Below, in pieces: positions 10,005 through 19,369 of a stretch of 64,000 bases of DNA. A model generated the notes under the pieces. That model was not told the origin of the DNA. It saw only the letters and a program-made list of their open reading frames with translations, and ran no database searches. The DNA lies in NCBI GenBank assembly GCA_966211685.1, contig CBIHOX010000011.1, positions 7,649 through 71,648 of the forward strand, given 5' to 3'. The DNA comes from an uncultured Pseudoduganella sp. GTDB lineage: Bacteria; Pseudomonadota; Gammaproteobacteria; Burkholderiales; Burkholderiaceae_D. How positions within the stretch are numbered: the first letter of the stretch is position 1; each line of letters begins with the position of its first letter. Both the position numbers and the translations under genes were made by a program.

Positions 10005-12275
10005 TCACCCTGTATACGGTTGATAACCGAACCCGGCTCCAATCACCAGCGCCGTGGCTTCGCGGTTTTCCGGACTTTCGCTGAACGCCGCCAGCACATC
10101 CGGCACCGGCGCCAGCTTCCTGTCCAGCACGTCCAGCCAGAACGCCTTGCCGGCCGGCTCCGGCGCCCGGTGCAGCACGTTGTTGTACAGGCGCGTCACC
10201 AGTTCTTCATTGGTGGGATGGGCGCCATACAGCGCCTTGAATTCCGGCGAATCCACGAATGCCGCTGACACCTGCTGTTGCGTGACGCCCTTGTCCATCA
10301 TGGCGATCCAGAAGCCCAGCCCCACCGCGTCCGGCGCACGGTCGAACGCGGCCTGGTACATGCGGTACGCCTGCCCCGCCACGCCGCTGGCGCCGGTGTC
10401 GAACGCCATCGCGCCATCGGTAAACAGCAGCCGTTCCACGTTGGTCAGCACATCCTGCCCGCCCCCGCTCTTGGTGACCGTGATGGCGCCGCCGGCGTTG
10501 GCCTGCGCCGTGAAAGCGCTGCGCGCGACCTCGTAAGTCACCACATCGAGTCCGCCCCTGCCATCGAAGAGGTCGTTGCCGGCGCTGCCGACCAGGGTAT
10601 CGTTGCCGCTGCCGGCCCGCAAGTCATCGTTGCCCAGTGTGCCGGCCAGCGTGGTCGGCGCCCCCGTGTCGAACTCGCCGACCGACAGGCGGTAACTGCC
10701 GATGGTATTGTCGGCGCCGCCGGCCGCCGCGTAATACCTGCCGTCCTTGTCGGGACTGAACATGATGCGCGCATTGACGCCGCCGCCACTGTTGTCATCG
10801 CTGCCTATCAGTGCGCCATTGCTGTCATACATGATCAACACCGGATCGATTCCACCGCCATTGGCCGCCCCCAGGTTCAGCTCATAGATGACGTTCGCGC
10901 GCAACGTGATGGCGAACCAGTCGGTATCGCCGAAGGTCTCCACGCTGCCCATGGCGGCGCCGCCGACCACCAGGGCGCCGGCAGTCGCGGTGCCGGCCTG
11001 GTAATCGTCCGTCATTTCGCCCAACGTGCGCAAATCCAGCACCTTGCCCCTGAACGAGGCGTATTCGATATCGGTCAGCGTATCGGTGCCCCAATAACGC
11101 GTCGTGACGGTGGCTTGCCTGGTGAGCGCATCGTAAGTAATGGTGGCCTCGCCGGGCTCGCCTTCGAAGATGGCGGTATCCATCCCCTGTCCGCCCTGCA
11201 AGGTATCGTCGCCGTAGCCTCCCGCCAGGATATTGTTGGCGTCATTGCCAATCAACAGGTCGTTGCCATCGCCGCCAATTGCGTTTTCTATCACGCAGCC
11301 ATACGCGATGCCCAGGTTGTCCGTGCCGTCATACGTCGGCAAGGTGGCGCCGGGAAAGTCCACGGTGGGTGTGGAATCCATGGCGAGCGATGAATAATGG
11401 CCAGGCCGCAAATCGACCGTGCACCCTTTGAAAAAACCCGCGATGGAGATGGTATCGGTGCCGCCGGCGTCCCAGATGGTGCGCAGGAACGGCGTATGTT
11501 GATCAAAGCTATAGGTATCGTTGCCCGTCATGTAAGACATGTTGGCGCCATACAGGTACTGGATCGCCGCGATGTCATTGACCATCGGCGTGTCCGGATA
11601 GATGTACTTGTAGTTGTAATACCGGCTGTTGCCGCTGCTCGTGATGTAGCCATACAGGCTGTGCGCGGCGTTGGTGTACGACATCACCGTATATTGATGC
11701 GAGTCTTCGGGCCCGGGCAAGACCGGCGTATCTTCGAACGGGTGTTTCAATCCCAGCGCATGGCCGATTTCATGCATCAGCAGTTTGTAATTGAACCCGC
11801 CCACGTCCCACGATCCGTCGCGGACGCTGTTGATGTTGTCATTGAGCCAGATGTCGCCGCCGCTCGGGTAATAATCGTCGGGATATGAAGCCCAGGCGCC
11901 CGCATCGGAAGGCAGCGCGGACGACCACGCGAACCGGATATCGCCCACCGTGCTGCCGGTGTCGGCAGATTGCGTGAATGTCAGGTTGGCCACCGACGCC
12001 CATGCCTGCAGGGCCATCACGGCGGCGACCAGCTCCGTGCTGTTCAAGGCACGGTGCGAGGTTGCCAGATGTTCTTGCGCGTCAGAATAGTCGGAACCGC
12101 CATCGGGGCCCAGGAAGGTGGCGGAATCGGCAACGGCCCAAGGAAAACTGTAGGTCAGCGTGACGCCGGTGCCAAGTGCCCCGCCCCATTTCATGCCGGC
12201 GACTAAAGCATCGATGATGAGTTGCGAACTTGGGACGACGGCAGTGGTGGGGCTGGCGGAACTCGGCGATGGCAT
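10005..12275 (-). CDS. Serralysin-like metalloprotease P3: 1 PPC-like repeat, C-terminal DUF4214-type domain
   Basis: HEIGHALGLKH, TVMSY, RTX repeats, a single DDYQAGTATAG...DWFAITL repeat, DUF4214-type tail. Confidence 0.9.
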   Translation of the reverse strand: MPSPSSASPTTAVVPSSQLIIDALVAGMKWGGALGTGVTLTYSFPWAVADSATFLGPDGGSDYSDAQEHLATSHRALNSTELVAAVMALQAWASVANLTFTQSADTGSTVGDIRFAWSSALPSDAGAWASYPDDYYPSGGDIWLNDNINSVRDGSWDVGGFNYKLLMHEIGHALGLKHPFEDTPVLPGPEDSHQYTVMSYTNAAHSLYGYITSSGNSRYYNYKYIYPDTPMVNDIAAIQYLYGANMSYMTGNDTYSFDQHTPFLRTIWDAGGTDTISIAGFFKGCTVDLRPGHYSSLAMDSTPTVDFPGATLPTYDGTDNLGIAYGCVIENAIGGDGNDLLIGNDANNILAGGYGDDTLQGGQGMDTAIFEGEPGEATITYDALTRQATVTTRYWGTDTLTDIEYASFRGKVLDLRTLGEMTDDYQAGTATAGALVVGGAAMGSVETFGDTDWFAITLRANVIYELNLGAANGGGIDPVLIMYDSNGALIGSDDNSGGGVNARIMFSPDKDGRYYAAAGGADNTIGSYRLSVGEFDTGAPTTLAGTLGNDDLRAGSGNDTLVGSAGNDLFDGRGGLDVVTYEVARSAFTAQANAGGAITVTKSGGGQDVLTNVERLLFTDGAMAFDTGASGVAGQAYRMYQAAFDRAPDAVGLGFWIAMMDKGVTQQQVSAAFVDSPEFKALYGAHPTNEELVTRLYNNVLHRAPEPAGKAFWLDVLDRKLAPVPDVLAAFSESPENREATALVIGAGFGYQPYTG

Positions 12276-12308
12276 CGTGAACGGTGTGAGTAAGCGATGC
12301 GGTGTATT

Positions 12309-12797
12309 TTAATGCAGCACCGCCCCCTCCGGCACCGGCGCAACCCCTGTCAGCCAGTCCGGCCAAGGCAGCGCCCAATAGCCCAGTTCACTTCCACGCC
12401 GCACGATGGCGAGCCACTGGCGCAGCGGCACGGTTTCCAGCAACAATTGCGCGCTGCCGCCGTCCGCCGATTTGAACGTCAGGCTCACCACGTGGTCGGC
12501 CAGCGCAATGTCGACCTCGTGCACCAGCCAGGCCACACTGTCCTGGGCCGCCTGCACGGGCGCCGAAGGCTGCAGGCTGGACTGGGCGGCCTGCTGCGCG
12601 AACTCTTGCGCCAGCGCGGGCAGCGCCTGCGCGCCGCCCTGCGTTTTCAGCCAGCCGACCAGGTGGTCGAGCAGCAGGCGCACCATGCGCCGTGTCAGCC
12701 ACAACACGACGGGTGCGCCGTCGCCCGTTTCCGCCGACATGCGCAAACGGTCTTCAAATGCCTCGTATTCAGTGGTGAGGCGGTGCAAGGTAATCAT
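12309..12797 (-). CDS. Hypothetical cytoplasmic protein (162 aa) inside the protease array
   Basis: GC3-rich ORF MITLHRLTTEYEAFEDRLRMSAE...VLWLTRRMVRLL...HEVDIA that fills the gap between P4 and P3. No signal peptide or transmembrane segment. Confidence 0.7.
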   Translation of the reverse strand: MITLHRLTTEYEAFEDRLRMSAETGDGAPVVLWLTRRMVRLLLDHLVGWLKTQGGAQALPALAQEFAQQAAQSSLQPSAPVQAAQDSVAWLVHEVDIALADHVVSLTFKSADGGSAQLLLETVPLRQWLAIVRRGSELGYWALPWPDWLTGVAPVPEGAVLH

Positions 12798-12899
12798 GTA
12801 AAGCCAGTCAGGTGCAGTGCCAAATCATGAAATTATGACAGAACGCACCGGCCGCATGCACCACATGGCATCCCTGCCCCACCATGCATGCCGCAGCGC

Positions 12900-14825
12900 T
12901 TATCCGGTATACGGCTGGTAACCGAACCCGGCCCCGATCACCAGCGCCATGGCTTCGCGGTTTTCCGGACTTTCACTGAACGCCGCCAGCACGTCCGACA
13001 CCGGCGCCAGCTTCCTGTCCAGCACGTCGAGCCAGAACGCCTTGCCGCCCGGCTCCGGCGCGCGGTGCAGCACGTTGTTGTACAGGCGCGTGACCAGTTC
13101 TTCATTGGTGGGATTGGCGCCATACAGCGCCTTGAATTCCGGCGAATTCACGAACCCGGCCGAGACCTGCTGCTGCGTGACGCCGCGGTCCATCATGGCA
13201 ACCCAGAAGCCCAGTCCCACCGCGTCCGGCGCGCGGTCGAACGCGGCCTGGTACATGCGGTAGGCCTGCCCCGCCACGCCATTTGCGCCGGTATCGAACG
13301 CCATCGCGCCATCGGTAAACACCAGGCGCTCGACGTGCGCCAGCATATCCTGCCCGCCCGCGCTTTTCGCCACCGTGATGGCGCCGCCGCTGCCGACCTG
13401 CACGGTGAAGGCGCTGCGCGGTCCCTGGTAATTGACCGTATCGAGCCCGGCGCCGCCGTCAAACACGTCGCTGCCGGCGCTGCCGGCCAGGGTGTCGTTG
13501 CCGCCGGCGCCCAGCAGGTTGTCGTTGCCGGCCGTGCCGGTAATGGCGCCGGACTGCGGCGCGGGTGCGCGCAAGTCCACCATGCGGTCGCTGAAGGCGG
13601 CAAACTCGATGCCGGTCAGCGTATCGGCGCCGCCGGCCGCCGTCGTGATGCGGGTTTGCCCGGTCGCTGCATCGAACGTGATGGTGGCGCTGGTGGACAG
13701 GCCGCTGAAACTGGCGGTGTCAAGCCCGGCGCCGCCGTCGAGCGTATCGTCGCCGGCGCCGCCGGTCAGGTTGTTGGCCGCATCGTTACCGATCAGGAAA
13801 TCATTGCCGGCGCCGCCCACCGCGTTTTCTATCACGCAGCCAAAGGCGATGCCCAGGTTGCCGGTGCCGTCATAGCCGACCGCGGGCGGGGTGCCGCTCC
13901 AGTTGAAACCCGCGGTTGATGCGGACTCGATGGTGATGTTCGAATAATGGCCCGGCTGCAAATCAATCATGCAGCCCTTGGTGAAATTCGACACGGAAAT
14001 CGTATCGATGCCGCCCGCATCCCAGACCGTGCGCAGGAACGGCGACGCGGGGTCGAAGGTGTAGGTATCGTTGCCGGTTTTATACGCGGTGTTGGCGCCA
14101 TACAGGTACTGGATCGCGGCAATGTCGTCCACCATCGGCGTATCGGGCACGATGCGTTCGGTATGGTACGTCTGGCTGTTGCCGGACCTGGTGATGTAGC
14201 CATACAGGCTGTACGGGCCGTCGGTATACGACATCACCGTGTATTGCCGGGTATTGAATGGCGCGCTCAGGACCGGGGTATCGTCGAATGGGTGTTTCAA
14301 ACCCAGCGCATGGCCGATTTCGTGGATCAGCGTGTAATAGTTGTAATCCCCGGCGTTCCAGCCATCATTGAGGTTGCTGGCCAATGAGGCATTGATCCAC
14401 ACGTCGCCGCCATTGGGGAAAACCTTGTCCGGATAATACGCCCATGCGGCGGTCTCCATGTCGTTGCTGGACGCCCAGCCGAAGCGGATATCGCCAACGA
14501 CCGTGGCAGTGTCGGGAGAGGGCGCGAACGTGACATTGGCCACCGCGGCCCATGCCTGCAAGGCCGCGGCGGCGGCAGCCTGCTGCACGGTATTCAGGCC
14601 GAAATGCGTGGCCGCCTGGTATTCCATGTCGGTCGAATACGGGGTCTGGCTGTCCGGCCCGGAAAACGTCGCGTTGCCGCTGCCGGCCCACGGAAAGCTG
14701 TAGGTCAGCATGACACCGGTGCCGGATGCCCCGCCCCACTTCATGCCGGCCAGCAGCGCGTTGATGATCAGTTGGGACGAATTGGCGACCGGCGTGGCGG
14801 TGCCGGCGGAACTGGGCGATGGCAT
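12900..14825 (-). CDS. Serralysin-like metalloprotease P4: minimal form, no PPC-like or Ig-like spacer, C-terminal DUF4214-type domain
   Basis: HEIGHALGLKH, TVMSY, RTX repeats followed directly by a second RTX block and the DUF4214-type tail. Confidence 0.9.
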   Translation of the reverse strand: MPSPSSAGTATPVANSSQLIINALLAGMKWGGASGTGVMLTYSFPWAGSGNATFSGPDSQTPYSTDMEYQAATHFGLNTVQQAAAAAALQAWAAVANVTFAPSPDTATVVGDIRFGWASSNDMETAAWAYYPDKVFPNGGDVWINASLASNLNDGWNAGDYNYYTLIHEIGHALGLKHPFDDTPVLSAPFNTRQYTVMSYTDGPYSLYGYITRSGNSQTYHTERIVPDTPMVDDIAAIQYLYGANTAYKTGNDTYTFDPASPFLRTVWDAGGIDTISVSNFTKGCMIDLQPGHYSNITIESASTAGFNWSGTPPAVGYDGTGNLGIAFGCVIENAVGGAGNDFLIGNDAANNLTGGAGDDTLDGGAGLDTASFSGLSTSATITFDAATGQTRITTAAGGADTLTGIEFAAFSDRMVDLRAPAPQSGAITGTAGNDNLLGAGGNDTLAGSAGSDVFDGGAGLDTVNYQGPRSAFTVQVGSGGAITVAKSAGGQDMLAHVERLVFTDGAMAFDTGANGVAGQAYRMYQAAFDRAPDAVGLGFWVAMMDRGVTQQQVSAGFVNSPEFKALYGANPTNEELVTRLYNNVLHRAPEPGGKAFWLDVLDRKLAPVSDVLAAFSESPENREAMALVIGAGFGYQPYTG

Positions 14826-14835
14826 GGTGCCTCCA

Positions 14836-14871
14836 CAAGAAAATACCCCGGCAGGCGGGCTGGCCGGGGTA
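14836..14871 (-). terminator. Terminator-like hairpin immediately upstream of P4
   Basis: Minus strand TACCCCGGC-cagcccgcct-GCCGGGGTA followed by TTTTCTTG. Confidence 0.5.
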
Positions 14872-14875
14872 CTTG

Positions 14876-14903
14876 ATTGTATGCCGAAAAGAATTCCTGT
14901 TAG
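14876..14903 (-). promoter_or_regulatory. Putative sigma70 promoter of P4 (conserved with the P5 promoter)
   Basis: Minus strand CTAACA-ggaattcttttcggca-TACAAT; 22 of 24 nt identical to 19331-19354. Confidence 0.55.
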
Positions 14904-14949
14904 AAGCCGGAATCACAGGAATCGCGGTGGCGATGCGTGCACGCCACCA

Positions 14950-17900
14950 TCAGGCAAATCCCGTATAAGGCTGATAATTGAAACCGGAACCGATCAGTGT
15001 CGCCAGCGCCGCCTGGTTTTCCGGACTTTCACTGAACGCGGCCAGCACGGCCGGCACGGTCGCGAGTTTCTTGTCGAGCACGTTGAGCCAGAATGCATAA
15101 CCGCCCGCGTCCGGTGTGCGGTGCAGGACGTTCTGGTACATGCGGTTCAACAAATCCTCATTGGTGGGATTGGCGCCATACAGGGCCTTGAATTCCGGGG
15201 AATTCACGAATCCGGCCGACACGTCCAGCTGCGATACGCCATGGTCCATGACGGCGATCCAGAACCCCAAGCCGCCCGCGTCGGGCGCGCGGTCGAACGC
15301 GGCCTGGTACATGCGGTACGCCTGCCCCGCCACGCCGGTGGCGCCGGTATCGAACGCCATGGCGCCGTCAGTGAACAACAGGCGCTCGACGTGGGCCAGC
15401 AGATCCTGCCCGCCGGTCGCCTTGGTGACGACGATCTCGCCATTGCTGGTGACTTGCGCGGAAAAGCCGCTGCGCACGCCCTGGTAGCTCACCACGTCGA
15501 GCCCGGCGCCGCCATCGAAGATGTCGCTGCCCAGGCTGCCCACCAGCGTATCGTTGCCGCTGCCGGCCAGCAAATCATCGTTGCCCAGCGTGCCGGTCAA
15601 CGTGGTTGGCTGGTTCGATGGCGCGCTGCGGGTATAAAAATCATACGTATTGGTGCCCGCATACAGGTTGCCTGCCACATCCGTGATGGCGCCGGCGCCC
15701 ACCACCAGCTTGTATTGTTTGCCGGCCACCAGCGCGGCGGTCGGATCGACCGTCAGCGTGGCGCCATTGATGGCCAGGCGCGGGCTGGTGGCCGCGCCGA
15801 AGGTTTCCACCACGGTGCCGTCGGCCAGCACCAATTGCAGGGTGCCCAGGCCGCGCTTGATGTTTTCCGAGAACGTCACCGTGATATTGCTGTTCACCAG
15901 CACGTTGCTGGCGCCATCGGCCGGATCGAACGACACCGCCACCGGCGCCACGAGGTCGAGCTGGCCGGCCGACAGGCTGTAGCCGCCGATGGTATTGCCG
16001 GCGCCGCTGGCCGACGCGTAATAAGTCCCGGCCGTGACGGGACTGTAAGTCACGCGGGCATTGAGGCCGCCGCCACTGTTGTCATCGCTGGTCAGCAGCG
16101 CGCCGTTGCTGTTGTAGAGGCGCAGGATGGGGTCGATTTCACTGCCCTCGGCGGCGGCCAGGTTCAGTGCATAGGTGGCGCCCGCGTTCAGCGTGACGGC
16201 GAACCAGTCGGCGTCGCCCGCGGTTTCCACGAAGCCGGCCGCACTGATACCCGGCACCAGCTTGCCGGTGGTGGCCGTGGTGGCGGCGTAATCGTCCGGG
16301 GCCGCGGTCTGTACCGCCGTCACGGTATAGCCGCCGGTGCTGCTGTTGAGCGTACCGGCCGACACGTAATACGTGCCGGACGCGGTGGCCCGGTACGTCA
16401 GCTTGGCGTTGACGCCGCCACCGCTGTCATCGTCGCTGGCCAGCAAAGTGCCGCTGCCGTTATACAGGCGCAGCAAGGGATCCAGCGCGCTGCCATTGGC
16501 CACCGATACGGCAAACGTATAGGTGGCGCCGGCCGTGAGCGTGACGGCGAACCAGTCCGCGTCGCCTGAGGCTTCCACACTGCCGGTGACGGTACTGCCC
16601 AGCACCAGCTTGCCGGTGGTGGCCGTGGTGGCCGCATAATCGTCGGCCGCCGCCGTCTGCGCGGCAGCCACGCTGTAGCCGCCGGTACTGGTGTTGAGCG
16701 CGCCGGCCGAGACGTAGTACGTGCCGCCCGTCAGCGCCTGGTATGACAGTTGCGATGCGCCGCCGGTGCCGGCTACGCCGGTGGCCAGCAGGGCCCCGGT
16801 GCTGTCATACATTTTCACTAGTGACGACAGCGCGCTGCCGGCCGTTGGCGTCTGGTCGAAGCGGTATGTGACGCCGGCCGCGAGGGTGACGGCAAACCAG
16901 TCGGTGTCGCCGGACACTTCGACGCTGCCGGCGGTCTTGCCGCCGACCGTCAATTTGCCCGTGGTGGCGGCGGACGATGCGAAATCATCGGGCGCCGCGG
17001 TCAGCACGGCCGCCACGCTGTAGCCGCCTGTGCTGGTGTTGAGCGCCCCGGCCGACACGTAATACGTGCCGCCCGTCAGCGCCTTGTACGACAATTGCGA
17101 CGTGCCGCCGCTGCCGGCGGCGCCAGTGGCCAGCAAGGCCCCGTTGCCGTCATAGATTTTCACTTGCGCCGACAGCGCGCTGCCGGCCGACGGCGCCTGG
17201 TCGAACCGGTACGTGGCGCCGGCCGTCAGGGTCACGGCAAACCAGTCGGCGTCGCCGGCGGTTTCCACCGTGCCGGCGCTGCTGCCACCCACCGCCACGG
17301 CGCCGGTGGTCGCGGTGGTGGCCGCATAATCGTCGGCCGCAGCCGTCAGCACGGCCGCCACGCTGTAGTTGCCGGTGGAGGTATTGGTGGCGCCGGCCGA
17401 CACGTAATACGTGCCGGCCGTGGTGGCCTTGTACGACAGTTGCGACGCCCCGCCGCTGCCGGCTGTGCCGGTACCCAGCAATACGCCGCTGCCGCTGTAG
17501 ATCTTCACTTGCGGCGACAACGCGCTGCCGCTGGCGGGCGACTGGTCGAAGCGGTACGTGGCGCCGGCCGCCAGGGTCACTGCGAACCAGTCGGCGTCGC
17601 CCGCGGTTTCCACGCTGCCGGTGGCCGCGCCGCCCACCGTCAATTTGCCGGTGGTGGCAACGGTGGCCGCGTAATCGTCAGCCGCCGCGGTCAGCACGGC
17701 CGCCACGCTGTAGTTGCCGGTGGAGGTATTGGTGGCGCCGGCCGACACGTAATACGTGCCGGCCGTGGTGGCCTTGTACGACAGTTGCGACGCCCCGCCG
17801 CTGCCGGCTGTGCCGGTACCCAGCAATACGCCGCTGCCGCTGTAGATCTTCACTTGCGGCGACAACGCGCTGCCGCTGGCGGGCGACTGGTCGAAGCGGT

Positions 17901-19290
17901 ACGTGGCGCCGGCCGCCAGGGTCACGGCAAACCAGTCGCTGTCGCCCGACGTTTCCACGCTGCCGGTCGCGGCCCCGCCGACCGCCAGCACGCCGGTGGT
18001 CGCGGTGGTGGCCGCATAATCGTCGGGTACGGCGCCCCAGGTGCGCAAGTCCACCACCTTGTCGCTGAACGAGGCATATTCGATATCGGCCAGCGTATCG
18101 GTACCGCCCGCGGCCGTGACGATGGTGGCCTGTTTGGTGACGGCGTTATACGTGATGGTGGCGGCCGAAGACAGGCCGCTGAACGCGGCGGTATCGTTGC
18201 CCAGGCCGCCCTGCAGCGTATCGTTGCCGGCGCCGCCGGTCAGGCTGTTGTCGGCGTCATTGCCGATCAACAGGTCGTTGCCGCTGCCGCCAATCGCGTT
18301 TTCAATCACGCAGCCATACGCAATGCCGAGGTTGTCGGTGCCGTCATAGGTCGGCAGTTGGGCGCCGCTAAAGCCCGACGTCGACGCGGACGCAATCGTG
18401 ATCGATGAATAATGGCCGGCCTGCAAATCGATCGTGCAACCGGCGGAAAAATTCGCCACCGAAATGGTATCGGTGCCGCCCGCATCCCAAATGGTGCGCA
18501 GGAAGGGTGTCGAGGAGTCGAAGGTATAGGTGTTGTTGCCGGTCATGTACGACGTGTTGGCGCCATACAGGTACTGGATCGCGGCGATGTCGTCCACCAT
18601 CGGCGTATCCGGATAAATGTACTCGTAGTTATAAAACCGGCTGTTGCCGCTGCTCGTGATATAGCCATACAGGCTGTGCGCGGCGTTGGTGTACGACATC
18701 ACCGTGTATTGCAGCGAATCCGCCGCCCCGGTCAGGACCGGACTGTCTTCGAACGGGTGTTTCAAGCCCAGCGCGTGGCCGATTTCATGCATCAGCAGGC
18801 TGTAGTTGAATTCACCGGCGCTCCACGATCCACTGGTGATGCTGCTGATGTTGGCATTGATCCAGACGTCGCCACCGCTCGGGTAATAATTGTTGGGGTA
18901 CGACGCCCAGGCGCCAGCGGTGGAAGGCAGCGCCGACGACCAGGCAAAGCGGATGTCGCCGACAGTGGTGCTGGTGTCGACGGACTTCGTAAACGTCAGG
19001 TTGGCCACGGACGCCCATGCCTGCAGGGCCGCGGTCGCGGCAGCCTGCTCCGTGCTGTTCAAGCCATAGTGCTGGGTCGCCTGGTGTTCCTGTGCGTCAG
19101 AATAGTCGGAACTGCCGTTGGGACCGACGAACGTCGCGGTCCCCGCATCGGCCCACGGGAAACTGTAGGTAATGGTGGCGCCGGTGCCGACGGCGCCGCC
19201 CCATTTAATGCCGGCTAACAAAGCATTAATGATGAGTTGCGAACTGTCGGCAACGGAAGTGGTACTGCTGGCGGAACTCGGCGATGGCAT
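14950..19290 (-). CDS. Serralysin-like metalloprotease P5: 6 PPC-like repeats, 1 Ig-like domain, C-terminal DUF4214-type domain
   Basis: HEIGHALGLKH, TVMSY, RTX repeats, six DD(Y/F)A repeats, DUF4214-type tail. Confidence 0.9.
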   Translation of the reverse strand: MPSPSSASSTTSVADSSQLIINALLAGIKWGGAVGTGATITYSFPWADAGTATFVGPNGSSDYSDAQEHQATQHYGLNSTEQAAATAALQAWASVANLTFTKSVDTSTTVGDIRFAWSSALPSTAGAWASYPNNYYPSGGDVWINANISSITSGSWSAGEFNYSLLMHEIGHALGLKHPFEDSPVLTGAADSLQYTVMSYTNAAHSLYGYITSSGNSRFYNYEYIYPDTPMVDDIAAIQYLYGANTSYMTGNNTYTFDSSTPFLRTIWDAGGTDTISVANFSAGCTIDLQAGHYSSITIASASTSGFSGAQLPTYDGTDNLGIAYGCVIENAIGGSGNDLLIGNDADNSLTGGAGNDTLQGGLGNDTAAFSGLSSAATITYNAVTKQATIVTAAGGTDTLADIEYASFSDKVVDLRTWGAVPDDYAATTATTGVLAVGGAATGSVETSGDSDWFAVTLAAGATYRFDQSPASGSALSPQVKIYSGSGVLLGTGTAGSGGASQLSYKATTAGTYYVSAGATNTSTGNYSVAAVLTAAADDYAATVATTGKLTVGGAATGSVETAGDADWFAVTLAAGATYRFDQSPASGSALSPQVKIYSGSGVLLGTGTAGSGGASQLSYKATTAGTYYVSAGATNTSTGNYSVAAVLTAAADDYAATTATTGAVAVGGSSAGTVETAGDADWFAVTLTAGATYRFDQAPSAGSALSAQVKIYDGNGALLATGAAGSGGTSQLSYKALTGGTYYVSAGALNTSTGGYSVAAVLTAAPDDFASSAATTGKLTVGGKTAGSVEVSGDTDWFAVTLAAGVTYRFDQTPTAGSALSSLVKMYDSTGALLATGVAGTGGASQLSYQALTGGTYYVSAGALNTSTGGYSVAAAQTAAADDYAATTATTGKLVLGSTVTGSVEASGDADWFAVTLTAGATYTFAVSVANGSALDPLLRLYNGSGTLLASDDDSGGGVNAKLTYRATASGTYYVSAGTLNSSTGGYTVTAVQTAAPDDYAATTATTGKLVPGISAAGFVETAGDADWFAVTLNAGATYALNLAAAEGSEIDPILRLYNSNGALLTSDDNSGGGLNARVTYSPVTAGTYYASASGAGNTIGGYSLSAGQLDLVAPVAVSFDPADGASNVLVNSNITVTFSENIKRGLGTLQLVLADGTVVETFGAATSPRLAINGATLTVDPTAALVAGKQYKLVVGAGAITDVAGNLYAGTNTYDFYTRSAPSNQPTTLTGTLGNDDLLAGSGNDTLVGSLGSDIFDGGAGLDVVSYQGVRSGFSAQVTSNGEIVVTKATGGQDLLAHVERLLFTDGAMAFDTGATGVAGQAYRMYQAAFDRAPDAGGLGFWIAVMDHGVSQLDVSAGFVNSPEFKALYGANPTNEDLLNRMYQNVLHRTPDAGGYAFWLNVLDKKLATVPAVLAAFSESPENQAALATLIGSGFNYQPYTGFA
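17345..17925. repeat. 236-bp direct repeat, 345-bp period, inside P5
   Basis: 17345-17580 and 17690-17925 look identical base for base on manual comparison. Confidence 0.85.
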
Positions 19291-19326
19291 GATGGTCGTG
19301 GGCGGTGCCCAGAAAATAGGCAGAGT

Positions 19327-19357
19327 AGGAATTGTACGCCGAAAACAATTCCTGACA
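19327..19357 (-). promoter_or_regulatory. Putative P5 promoter overlapped by a 9-bp inverted repeat
   Basis: Plus strand AGGAATTGT-acgccgaaa-ACAATTCCT; minus strand CTGTCA-N16-TACAAT. Confidence 0.55.
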
Positions 19358-19369
19358 GAAGGGTTTTGC

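Noticed and set aside
1593-19290. Protease array as a C. fetus-style invertible or silent cassette system or DGR target
   Set aside because: All copies are full length, co-oriented, have intact HExxH motifs and their own upstream regions; no recombinase, reverse transcriptase or adenine-specific template/variable repeat pair was seen.
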